A DNA stretch of 64,000 nucleotides from an uncultured Methylomirabilota bacterium (GTDB lineage Bacteria; Methylomirabilota; Methylomirabilia; Methylomirabilales; 2-02-FULL-66-22): the NCBI GenBank assembly GCA_963727695.1, contig CAVSHW010000039.1:7770-71769 (forward strand). The letters run 5' to 3'. The notes beneath the pieces were generated by a model. The model searched no databases. It was given only the letters and a program-made list of their open reading frames with translations, and was not told where the DNA came from. Shown here one piece after another: positions 45,675 to 55,498 of the stretch. The translations under genes were made by a program, and so were the position numbers. Numbering within the stretch: the stretch's first letter is position 1; every line of letters starts with the position of its first letter.

Positions 45675-46598
45675 TCAGCCCCCCGGATGGAACGGCTTCC
45701 CGAGCGAGGCCGGCGCGTTTACGCGAATCACCTGCACGTCCCGCGAGATCACCACCAGCACCGCGATGGTGGCCAGGTACGGCAGCATGGACAAGAGCTG
45801 CGACGGCACCGCCAGCCCCAGCGCCTGGGCGTGAAGCTGTAGGATCGTCACACCGCCGAACAGATACGCCCCGGCCAGCACACGCTCCGGCCGCCAGGTG
45901 GCGAACACGACCAGGGCCAGGGCGATCCAGCCCCGGCCGGCGGTCAACTGCTCGACCCACATGGGCGTGTAGGCCACCGCCAGGTACGCCCCCGCCACCC
46001 CGGCCAGCGCCCCGCCGAACAGCGTGGCCAGATAGCGGATCGGGATGACCCGATAGCCGACGGCGTGGGCCGACTCCGGGGATTCGCCGACGGCCCGCAG
46101 GACGAGTCCGGCCTTGGTCCGATACAAGAACCAGTGGATGCCGGCGACGGCGAGAAGCGACAGATACACCAGCGCGTTCTGAGTGAAAAGCACCGGCCCC
46201 AGGAGCGGGATCCGCGACAGCCCCGGGATCGCCAGGGGCTGCAGCCCGCTGAGCGTCCGGCTCACGTAACCCTGCCCGAGCAGGGCCGACAGCCCCGCGC
46301 CGAAGATGGTCAGGGCCAGGCCGGTGGCCACCTGGTTGGCCAGGAGCGAGAGCGTCAGGACCGCGAAAAGCGCCGCCGTGGCCGCCCCGGCCAGTGCGCC
46401 GCAGACGACCCCCAGCGCCAGGCTCCCGCCGGTCGTCGCCCCGGCGAAGGCGGCGATGGCCCCCAGCAGCATCATCCCCTCGACGCCGAGATTCAAGACT
46501 CCCGACTTTTCGGTGATCAGCTCGCCCAGCGCCGCAAAGACAAGCGGGGTGGCCGCCGCCATCGTGCCGGCCAGGAGGGCCACCACCAGGTCGGTCAT
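45675..46598 (-). CDS. ABC permease (nucleoside/simple-sugar, YufQ-like)
   Basis: MTDLVVALLAGTMAAATPLVFAALGELITEKSGVLNLGVEGMM. Start at 46598, overlapping the upstream stop (ATGA). Confidence 0.9.
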   Translation of the reverse strand: MTDLVVALLAGTMAAATPLVFAALGELITEKSGVLNLGVEGMMLLGAIAAFAGATTGGSLALGVVCGALAGAATAALFAVLTLSLLANQVATGLALTIFGAGLSALLGQGYVSRTLSGLQPLAIPGLSRIPLLGPVLFTQNALVYLSLLAVAGIHWFLYRTKAGLVLRAVGESPESAHAVGYRVIPIRYLATLFGGALAGVAGAYLAVAYTPMWVEQLTAGRGWIALALVVFATWRPERVLAGAYLFGGVTILQLHAQALGLAVPSQLLSMLPYLATIAVLVVISRDVQVIRVNAPASLGKPFHPGG

Positions 46599-47686
46599 GG
46601 CCGCCTGCCTCCCCCGGTCCGCCGGCCGCCGGCCGCAAACCGGACGCGGTAGAACACGAACAGGTCGCTTCCCAGGAGGCACAGCAGGAGCGTCCCCTGA
46701 AACAGTCCGGTGACCGCGTAGGGAATCTGGAGGGCGACCTGGGCTGTCTCCCCTCCCAGATACAGGAGCGACATCAGGAGGCCCGCCAGGACGATCCCCA
46801 GCGGGTGGAGCCGCCCCACGAAGGCCACGATGATGGCGGCGAAGCCGTACCCGGGCGAGACCGTAGGCAAGAGCTGCCCGAGCGGCCCCGCGACCTCCCC
46901 CACCCCGGCCAGCCCCGCCGCGGCCCCGCCGATCAAGAGCGCCGTCCAGGTCGTCTGTCGCTCACTGAATCCCGCGTACCGAGCCGCCAGCGGGGCCAGA
47001 CCGCCCACCAGCATCCGGTAGCCGGCAAAGCTCTTGGCCACGAAGACCCAGGCGGCGACCGAGGCCAGCCCGGCGAAGCCGATGGCAGCGTTGAGCCGGG
47101 TCCCCTCCAGGATGTTCGGAAACAGTGCCGACGCGCCGAACAGGATCGACTGGGGAAAGTTCAACCCTTGCGGGTCGCGCATCGGCCCGTGCACCAGGTA
47201 CGACAGGAGCAACGTGGCCACGTAGGTCAGCATCAGCGTGACCAGGATCTCGCTGGCGTGAAAGCGCGTCCGCAGGTACGCCGGGATCGCCGCCCAGGCC
47301 ATGCCGCCCAGAATCCCCGCCAGGACCATGCCGGGCAGAAGCCAGCCGGAGTCGCTTCCGTCGAAGTGGATGGCCAGGGCGCTGGCCGCGATGGCCCCCA
47401 GCGTGAGCTGCCCCTCGGCCCCGATGTTCCAGACGTTGGCCCGGAAACCGATGGCCAACCCCTGGGCGATAAGGACGAGCGGCCCGGCCTTGAGCAGCAG
47501 CTCGGCCAGGCCGTTGCGCGAGCTGACCGGCGCCACGAAGAACATGTGCATCGCGGCGGCCGGCCGCTGCCCCAGGGCCAGAAAGAGCAGGACGCCCATG
47601 GCGACCGTGCAGCCCGCCGCCAGGAGCGGCGACGCCACGAGCATCGCGCGCGACGGCTCCGGCCGCGACTCCAGCCTCAGACGCAC
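46595..47686 (-). CDS. ABC permease (YufP-like)
   Basis: GTG at 47686 overlaps the ATPase stop (GTGCGTCTGA): VRLRLESRPEPSRAMLVASPLL...NVWNIGAEGQLTLGAI. Alternative ATG at 47644. Confidence 0.85.
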   Translation of the reverse strand: MRLRLESRPEPSRAMLVASPLLAAGCTVAMGVLLFLALGQRPAAAMHMFFVAPVSSRNGLAELLLKAGPLVLIAQGLAIGFRANVWNIGAEGQLTLGAIAASALAIHFDGSDSGWLLPGMVLAGILGGMAWAAIPAYLRTRFHASEILVTLMLTYVATLLLSYLVHGPMRDPQGLNFPQSILFGASALFPNILEGTRLNAAIGFAGLASVAAWVFVAKSFAGYRMLVGGLAPLAARYAGFSERQTTWTALLIGGAAAGLAGVGEVAGPLGQLLPTVSPGYGFAAIIVAFVGRLHPLGIVLAGLLMSLLYLGGETAQVALQIPYAVTGLFQGTLLLCLLGSDLFVFYRVRFAAGGRRTGGGRRP

Positions 47687-49240
47687 CGCGCCTCTCCGGC
47701 GGCGACCCCGCTCCCGGCCCCCGGGAAGAGCCCCGTCATCCAGGCCCCGATTTCGGCCACCGACGTCTCCCGCGCGGGCACGGCGGCCGTGAGCCGGCCG
47801 CCGAACATCACCGCGATCCGGTCGCAGATCTCGAACAGCTCCTCCAGCTCCTCCGACACAACCAGGATGGCGGTCCCCGCGTTCCGTAGCGCGACCAGCC
47901 GCTGCCGGATGAAGGCCGCCGCCCCCACATCCAGCCCCCAGGTGGGCTGCGACACCAGGAGCACTCTGGGCTGTTGCAAGAGCTCGCGCCCGACCAGGTA
48001 CTTCTGCAAGTTGCCGCCCGAGAGGCTCTGCGCCATGGCGTCCGGCCCGCTGGCCGTGACGTTGAACTCGGCGATGCAGCGGGCGGCGAAGGCGCGCGTC
48101 TTCTCTACCCGCACGAAGCCGGAGCGGACCATGTCCAGGTGGGCCGCGGTGAGCAGGGCGTTGGCCGCCAGCGTCACCGGAGGCACGGCCCCGCGGCCCA
48201 GCCGCTCCTCGGGCACGAAGGCCAGCCCGCGGAGGCGGCGCGCCCGCGGTCCGAGGTGCCCGGCCGGCTCGCCCCCGAGCCACACCGCCTCGGGCGGATC
48301 CACCAGTCGCTCGCCGGACAGGACGGTCATCAGCTCCCGCTGTCCGTTGCCCGACACGCCCGCGATGCCCACGATCTCCCCGCTCGACACCGAGAGCGAG
48401 AGGTTCCGGAGCGGTGTGCCGAAGGGGTCGTCCGGCGCGAGACAGAGATCGGCGATCCGCAGCCGCTCCTCGCGCTCCGTGACCGGCGCGGGGTGGACGG
48501 CCGCCGGAAGATCCCGGCCGATCATCAGACGCGCCAGGCCGGCGGCCGTCTCCTGGCGGGGATCCACCGTGCCCACCACCCGGCCGGCGCGTAAGATCGT
48601 GGCCGTGTGGCAGAGCGTCTGGATCTCTTCCAGCTTGTGGCTGATGTAGAGAATGCTCACCCCCTCGGCCGCAAGCTGGCGCAGCGTGGCGAACAGCCTT
48701 TCCACGGCCTGCGGAGCGAGGACCGAGGTGGGCTCGTCCAGGATCACCAGCTTTGGCGCCTGGAGCAGGCAGCGGACGATCTCCACCCGCTGCCGCTCCC
48801 CCACCGAGAGCGCATGCACCGGCTTGCGCGGGTCCACCGGCAGGCCGTAGCGCTCGGAGACCTCGACGATCCGGCCGGTCAGCCTCTTGAGCGTCCCCGG
48901 AACCGCCAGCGAGATGTTCTCCGCCACGCTGAGCGTCTCGAAGAGCGAGAAGTGCTGGAACACCATCCCGATGCCCAGCGAGCGCGCCTCGCCCGGGCTC
49001 TCGATGGTCACCGGCTCGCCGTCCCAGCGCACCTCCCCGGAGTCGGCCGCCACCACCCCGTAGATGATCTTCATCAGGGTGCTCTTGCCGGCGCCGTTCT
49101 CCCCCAGGACGGCGTGGATCTCCCCCGACGCGACATCGAGGTCGATATCGATCGTTCGCCACCACGGACGGATAGACCTTGGTGATGCCCCGGAGCGTGA
49201 GACGCGGGGCTGGCGTGGCGTGCATGGACACTTCACTCAT
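47677..49240 (-). pseudogene. Two-NBD ABC ATPase of the BMP system, 5-prime frameshift at about 49141-49152 (or assembly error)
   Basis: MSEVSMHATPAPRLTLRGITKVYPSVVANDR (frame of ORF 46595..49240, ATG at 49240) must join IDLDVASGEIHAVLGENGAGKSTLM (frame of ORF 47677..49236). One extra nt lies within the palindrome TCGATATCGA. Confidence 0.8.
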
Positions 49241-49366
49241 CCGTTAGTCTCGATGGTGTGACGCAAGGCGTAAGCGATTGGGCCGCGGCGGCGGCATTGC
49301 CGCCGGGCGTGAAGGCCGCATTGCAATCGGTCGATCGCCTGAGGATGCCGCAGTCGCCGAAGCGTG

Positions 49367-50539
49367 TCAAGCGGGATGCGACTCGAACGTGCCCCGCACC
49401 ACTGCCTGTCCGTCCTTGACCAGGCAGCGCCCCTTGGCAAAGACGTGGCGAATGGTCAGGTCGGCGTCCAGCACGACGATGTCCGCGTCGCCGCCCGGCA
49501 CGATCCGTCCCTTCCGGGGCAGCTTCAGCGACGCGGCCGGATTGGTCGTCACCAGGCAGAGCGCGTCCGGCAGGGGCAGGATTCCCGCCCGGACGATTTC
49601 GCGCAGGGCCTCGTACAGACTGCGCGGGGAGGCGGCGACCAGACCGGTCAGCTCCCCCTTCCGGTTGAAGGCCGGCATGCTGCCGTTGCCGTCGGAGCTG
49701 AGCGTGATCCGATCCAGGGGCGTCCCCGCCTCCAGACAGGTCCGGACCGCCTCGGCCGGCCGCGGGCGCGAGGACGCCGCGGCCGAGACGCTGGTCGTGA
49801 TGTCGAGCATCCCCCCGGCCTTGGCGAACCGGATCCCCTCCAGGAGCAGCTCGCCGGTCCGGTTCAGATGGGTCGGCGTGAACTGGGTGATCGGCAGCTC
49901 CGTCTCGGCCACGATCTCGAAAAGCCAGTCCAGCCGCCGAGTGCCCTCGCCCGTGTGGATGTGCAGGACCCCCGCCTTTCCCGACAGCATGCCGCCCACC
50001 CGCGCCTCGGCCGCCATGCGGGCAAGCGCCTCCTTGGACGGCTGGGCCGAGCGATGGTCGGACATCGCCACCTTGCCGCCCACCACCTTGTCGATCAGGA
50101 TGATGTCGGAGCGAAGGCTCCCGGTGAGCGTGGGAGACGGGATCGGGTAGGCCCCCGAGTAGATCCAGGTGGAGATTCCCTCCTCCTCCAGCCCCCGGGC
50201 CTTGGCCAGCAGCGACTCCATGTGCCGGGTCACGCTGTCCGTGCCGAGCGTGCCCACCACCGTGGTGATGCCGGCGGTGGTCAAGTCGCTCAGCATCACC
50301 TCCGGCGTCCGGGTGGCGAAGCCGCCTTCGCCGCCGCCGCCGATCAGATGGACATGCTGATCGATGAATCCGGGGACCACGAAACAGCCCGTCACATCGT
50401 ACACCTCGGTCGCCTCATAGGCGGGGGCCGGATCGATCCGATCGGCCAGATGGGCGACGCTGCGATCCGCCAGCAGCACGTCCCTGACACCCAGCTCCTG
50501 GGGAGCGCAGATACGGCCGTTCTTCAAAATCGTGAACAT
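49367..50539 (-). CDS. iadA: Isoaspartyl dipeptidase
   Basis: PGFIDQHVHLIGGGGE...VVGTLGTDS...SDHRSA...LSSDGNGS is collinear with E. coli IadA. Start MFTILKNG at 50539. Confidence 0.9.
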   Translation of the reverse strand: MFTILKNGRICAPQELGVRDVLLADRSVAHLADRIDPAPAYEATEVYDVTGCFVVPGFIDQHVHLIGGGGEGGFATRTPEVMLSDLTTAGITTVVGTLGTDSVTRHMESLLAKARGLEEEGISTWIYSGAYPIPSPTLTGSLRSDIILIDKVVGGKVAMSDHRSAQPSKEALARMAAEARVGGMLSGKAGVLHIHTGEGTRRLDWLFEIVAETELPITQFTPTHLNRTGELLLEGIRFAKAGGMLDITTSVSAAASSRPRPAEAVRTCLEAGTPLDRITLSSDGNGSMPAFNRKGELTGLVAASPRSLYEALREIVRAGILPLPDALCLVTTNPAASLKLPRKGRIVPGGDADIVVLDADLTIRHVFAKGRCLVKDGQAVVRGTFESHPA

Positions 50540-50710
50540 GATGGCTCTTCCCTTTCCGGCCTCTACCGAACGCACCTCACAACAAATCCACCCGCCCACC
50601 GCCGCGGCATGAACGCACGAAGACCCGTCCGAGGATGCCGCAGAGCCGGCCCCGCCGTCAAGGGAAACCGGGCTCGGACAGGGCTGGAAGGGACGGTCGT
50701 ACGGAAGGGC

Positions 50711-50752
50711 TTGATGAGTGGCAACTCGTGGAGTATTACTCTTACCGGTAAG
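50711..50752 (+). promoter_or_regulatory. vapB promoter and palindromic operator
   Basis: TTGATG (50711-16), a 17-nt spacer, TATTAC (50734-39), then the perfect 12-bp palindrome CTTACCGGTAAG (50741-52) and a GGAGG RBS. Confidence 0.5.
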
Positions 50753-50765
50753 AATGGAGGCTACT

Positions 50766-50993
50766 ATGAAAGTCACGACGAAGGGACAGGTCACCATCCC
50801 CCTGGAGATTCGCGAGCGGCTCTCCATTCACCCCGGCACCGATGTAGAGTTCGTGGTGGAAGGCAATGTGGTGCGGCTCGTCCCCGCGCGGAAGAGTCAA
50901 GTGCGGGGCAAGCGGATTGTTGAGCGTCTGCGCGGTCGGGCCACGGTCCGCATGACAACCGACGAGATCATGGCGCTCACACGGGGCCGGTGA
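50766..50993 (+). CDS. vapB: AbrB/SpoVT-fold antitoxin (VapB-like)
   Basis: MKVTTKGQVTIPLEIRERLSIHPGTDVEFVVEGNVVRLVP is a swapped-hairpin AbrB motif. The stop overlaps the next start (GTGATG). Confidence 0.85.
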   Translation: MKVTTKGQVTIPLEIRERLSIHPGTDVEFVVEGNVVRLVPARKSQVRGKRIVERLRGRATVRMTTDEIMALTRGR

Positions 50994-51399
50994 TGGCAGG
51001 AACTCTGGTGGACAGCAAGTCATCTGGACGTGCTCACCGAGGATGCCCGGTGGTATGCGTGGTCGTCCAACGCCCTGGCGCAGTGCGCCAACGCGGGGCC
51101 CTTTACATCAATCCGATCATCTATGCGGAGGTCTCGATCGGCGTCGCGACCATCGAGGAAATGGAGGAGGTGCTTCCCGCAGAGTCGTTCCCCCGGCTCC
51201 GATCCCACTCGAAGCGGCGTTCTGGCCGGGAAAGCCTCCTGCGATACGAAGAAGGAAGGGAACCAAGATCACCCCCTTGCCCGACTTCTTCATCGGCGCC
51301 CACGCCGCGGTGGCCGGACTACAACTGCTCACGCGGGATAGCCGGCGCTACCGGACCTACTTCCCTTCAGTAAGAGTCATCGCCCCCGGTCGCAGGTGA
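50990..51399 (+). pseudogene. vapC: PIN-domain toxin (VapC-like), multiply frameshifted
   Basis: Pieces in all three frames: MAGTLVDS / LDVLTEDARWYAWSSNALAQCANAGP / LYINPIIYAEVSIGVATIEEMEEVLPAESFPRL / PIPLEAAF...KITPLPDFFIGAHAAVAGLQLLTRDSRRYRTYFPSVRVIAP. At least 3 frame switches. Confidence 0.75.
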
Positions 51400-51538
51400 C
51401 CGTCCTGCCCCACCGCCTCCTCGCCGCGCCACTCCCCTGAAATAGGTCCCGGACACCTATTGGGAGCTACCCGTTGATTTACCACATGAACGATTTCAAT
51501 TTCCCCAAGTGATGGCGATGCGCAGCGATGTGGGCCAG

Positions 51539-52078
51539 TTACTGTAACCCTGCCATTCCGGGAAACAGCCAGAAATAGCCGATCAGGATGACAAACACCC
51601 CACCGAGAATCCACGGGGCCCGGGCCTGCAGCTGATCCGTTTGGGCGAGTCCTGTCGCCAGCCCCACCACGATCAACACCACCAAGTCGAAGTCGCCGGT
51701 CCAGCGGAGGACGAAATCATGGTCGCTCCACGGCCACAATAGTCGGAGCGGCCAGACCGCAATCAGATCCCCTAGCAGATGCACCGCGAATCCCACCAGA
51801 TTCAGCACCAACAGCCGTGGGAAGGAAATACCTCTCCCCCAGCACCGCTCGACCCCAGCCAACACCAGCGCTAGGACGGCTCCACCGAGCAACGTATGCG
51901 TATAGGCGTGGTGGAAGCGCCCATAGACCTCTGGCCCCCACAGGTAACTGATAGCATCCACATCCGGCGCAAAGGCCGCCAGTCCCAGCACCAGCAGCGT
52001 CTTTCTCCGCACCGCAGGAGGCGGCCGGAGTGCCTGGCCGATCAATATGCCGGAGCAGGTATGCGTGAGCGGATCCAT
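51539..52078 (-). CDS. YdjM/DUF457-like membrane-bound metal-dependent hydrolase
   Basis: MDPLTHTCSGILIGQAL..., His-rich loops, 5 TM. Intact. Confidence 0.8.
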   Translation of the reverse strand: MDPLTHTCSGILIGQALRPPPAVRRKTLLVLGLAAFAPDVDAISYLWGPEVYGRFHHAYTHTLLGGAVLALVLAGVERCWGRGISFPRLLVLNLVGFAVHLLGDLIAVWPLRLLWPWSDHDFVLRWTGDFDLVVLIVVGLATGLAQTDQLQARAPWILGGVFVILIGYFWLFPGMAGLQ

Positions 52079-52147
52079 GTTCGCCTCACCGGGGCTGACG
52101 GTTTGACTGCGGCAAGGGCAGACACCTCATCGGTGCTCACCCGCAAC

Positions 52148-54147
52148 TCACGGGTGGGGCGGATTCGCTGCGAGAGTTTCCAGGGCAGCCCGGACCCCGG
52201 ACCTGAAGCCTTCTCGGTCTGCCGCGCCGATCCCCTCCGGGTCGAAACGATAGCGATAATGGAGTGACACGAGCGCGCGCAACGAGTCTGTGGTCACGGG
52301 AAGGATGTGAGTTGCCTCGATCCGCTGTACTCACCCTGCGAGTGGCTCCCACGGGTTTCGACCCAGTCCGATCGCGCTCAGTTGCCTTTCGAGTACATAG
52401 AAATCGGAATCTTCCCCCGGCCACACGGGGCGGCTGGGCGTGTGTTGCCGCCCCGTGTAGGGAAGGGCAACCCGTTTGGCGGCGTAGAACCTCCAAGCGA
52501 CTAGGAGACCTAACGGGATCAACAGCCAGGCAACCGAGAGTCTCCCGACGGTTTCCCCATTGTCCCGCCACCACTCGGAGACCTGAAACATGGCCCACGA
52601 CCACAGGTCGAAGATGGGCTGCCGCCATGACGCGGCCTCTTGTTCGGCCTCGACCCACGAAGCCGGAGTGGTATCGAGCGCCTGCCAGGCCCCGTCCACA
52701 TAGGCGAGCGCCCACGCATGGGCGTGCCGGTGACGCACGACGTACCGATTCTCCAGCCGGCTGAATTCCTGGACGGCATAGCCGGTCGCATAGCGCGCGG
52801 GAATGCCTGCCTGCCTGAGGAGCAGCACCGTCGCGGTGGCGAAGTATTCACAGTGTCCGGAGCGGGACCGAAGGAGGAACTCTTCCAGCGGGGAGGCGGG
52901 GACCGGTCGGTCGGGCTGAAACAGCGAATACCGGAAGCGCTGCGCGAAATACTCGCTGATGGTCCGGAGCGCCTCAGGGGGCGATACGGATGGGAGCCCC
53001 AACTCCATGCTGATCCGAGAGATGAGGGGAGCCTCGCCATGGGGCACGCTCAGATCGGCTGCGTCCGGGGGTGTCCCGTGAGTCGCGCGAGGATCGAAGA
53101 GGACCCGATAGCCCGCGAAGCTCGGTCCGTCCTTCACCTTTACGGTGCCGAAGCGGTTGTGTTGCATATCTGCGACGGGTAGTCGCTCGATCCGCAACGT
53201 CCCCTCCGGGAGGGGGAGGACTCCCTTTCCACCCGTCAGCGGCGCAAGAACCGTCAGGCTTCGGCTGGGCCCGGTGCCAGGGTAAAGCTCCCAGGTGCTT
53301 CCATCCGGTTCAGGGGGAACGGCCTCAAACCCCGCCTCTGCGGCCGACCAAAAGGAGGATCCATAGCGATTGTAGGTAGCCGCCGCAAGAGAAACGGCAC
53401 CGGCACCCCGGAGGTTTTCACACGGAACGCAATCGCGTCAGAGAGCTTTAGGGTGCCGATGTGACCAATGGCCGTAGAGCTTCGAAACGGATCCGCCTCG
53501 CCGCCACTGCCGGTATCGAAGAGCCACCTGATGAGCTGGGGCTCGAACGCTTGCTGCATCATCTGGAGCCCGACATGCCCCGCGTATCCCAGGGCGCCGG
53601 CAGAGACGAGCAGGGCGCCCCAGACGAGGGAAGGATACAGCGTAGGTCTGATACTCCACAGCGCCCACGCCGAAAGCAGACAGAGCCCCGGGTAGAACCA
53701 GGGGCCCCTCACGTTCGCCGCAGACGCGGCCAAGAGCACGATGGCGAGGTAGGGGTAGGAGGGGGCGATGGTCGCGCGCGGCCGGTGCTCCGTGGGATGT
53801 CTGGCCGTTCCGGATGAGAAGAATAGTCTCCCCGCCTCGACCGACCCGGCGGCGTCATACGCGCTCCCGACGATGAGGGGTAGAACGGTCAGCGGGTACA
53901 GCGAGAGCGCGACCAGAATGGCGCGCAGCGTATCCACGGTCGACAGGAGATACACCAGGATGACTGCCTGCACCAGGGCGCAGAGATTCCGGAGGCGGTC
54001 CACATCATGCCGGGAGAGTTCCCAGCGCCACGTGACGACGCGGGACCCCTCGAGGGGCAGGGCGAGGAGCGCCGCCCCCACGAGGAACCCCGTGTGCCAT
54101 CCCCAGAAGAGCAGCGCTGCGGCGAGCAGGAGGGGCGGGGTCGTCAT
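52148..54147 (-). pseudogene. TgpA-like transglutaminase membrane protein: one frameshift (about 53378-53386) and an in-frame TGA (52331-52333)
   Basis: N-part is ORF 53254..54147 (polytopic, ...IGTLKLSDAIAFRV...PFLLR). It continues one frame over (AATYNRYGSSFW...) into ORF 52331..53197, which carries the core SGHCEYFATATVLLLRQAGIPARYATGY. After the TGA, 60 more in-frame codons read VQRIEA...LRALVSLHYRYRFDPEG (DUF4129-like tail) to a stop at 52148. Confidence 0.8.
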
Positions 54148-55494
54148 AGCCGTGCCAGCGCCTCCGCGATCCTGCCGACCTCGAGCCTATGGAGCCACGC
54201 CGGCGTCTGCATCTCCGGATCAGACATGGCGCTGCGAGGACGGGAAGGGTGAACGATGAGGAAGACGACCGTGGGGACCCCGAGCCGGTGGAGATGGGTG
54301 ACAAACCGCTGCCGGTCGGCGCTCCACGAGAGGAGGACGCAGATGCATCCGCTCAGCGATCCGCCCCGTTCGGTCACCAGGCGGTGGAGCGCCTCGAATG
54401 ACTTGTCCATGCAGGGTTGGACGTAGGCCAGGATCTCCATTAGGTGGTCCGTCTGGCCCAACCCCCGTCCGGCCGTGACGCAGTATGCCTGCGGCCCCAC
54501 GAACATCAGATCGAGTAGGGACTCCTGGGTGAGGACGGTACAGGCAAAGGAGGCGGCCACGGAGACGGCGTCTTCGAACACCTCACCGTCGTCCGCGCTC
54601 AGGAACGTATCCAGGACCAGCGCGTGGCGCACGAAAAATTCTTCCTGGTACTTCTTTACGATCGGCTTTCCGGTCCGGGCCCAGCTCCTCCAGTGGATGC
54701 GGCGCAGCGGATCGCCCGGGCGGTACTCCCGCAACGCGACGAATTCCTCCGAATCCCCGACCGGTGACGCCAGGGCGACTCGTCCATGCTGGTAAGCCCG
54801 GCTGTCGGGGAGCTGCATGGCGGGCAGGGGGTAGCGTTTGGGGAGGATCAGGACGGATTGGCCCAGGGACAGCGTGGCCAGGGCCCGGGAGAGACCGAAC
54901 GGATCGAAACGGGCCGCCGTCACGCCGGTGAATCCCAGCCTTCCTCGTCGTGCGGCGTGAGATCGCGCCGCAGCTCAACCTCGCCGCCGGGAGAAAGCAC
55001 GGGGAGCGATTGCTCGCCACCCATGGTGACCTCGTTTTGCGACACCAGCCAACGGTATCGATAGTACCCCAGCGCACGGTTGAACCAGTTCGCCGCTCCT
55101 CCCCCGGCTCTCTGGCGCGGACGAACGCGTGCAGGGATGGTCTGGGGTCGGCGAGATCGTCCAGCAGTATCAGCCCGCGGAGGGTCTTCGAGCCGGTGTT
55201 TCGCACCTGCAGGCGATACGGAAGCAGTTGGCCCACGGTCCCGAATCGCGGCAGGATACGCCGAACCGTGAGGCGCGGTCGGAAGAACGCGCTGCACAGG
55301 AGAGAAATCACCAGGAGGGAGAGGAGGAAGGTGAAGGCCTGATAGGCCATGGTGAGGCTGATGTGCGCGCCAAGGAGGGCCGATGCGCCAAGCCCGGTCA
55401 CGATCAGGAGTCCGCCCTGGGTGAAGCGTCGCCTCATCCGCCATTGGACGCTGGATTGGAGTTGATAATTGGCGTACAGAAATCGTGTAAACAT
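54144..55494 (-). pseudogene. DUF58 (vWA-like) protein, two frameshifts (about 55088-55091 and 54920-54926)
   Basis: Three frames: MFTRFLYANY...VRAREPGEER / (R)NWFNRALGYYRYRWLVSQNE...EEGWDSPA / (V)TAARFDPFGLSR...EFVALREYRPGDPLRRIHW. Confidence 0.8.
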
Positions 55495-55498
55495 CTGG

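Noticed and set aside
52331-52333. In-frame TGA in the transglutaminase gene, considered as selenocysteine or Trp recoding
   Set aside because: TGA terminates many intact genes in this window. No SECIS-like hairpin follows, and the same gene also carries a frameshift. A nonsense mutation is the simpler reading.
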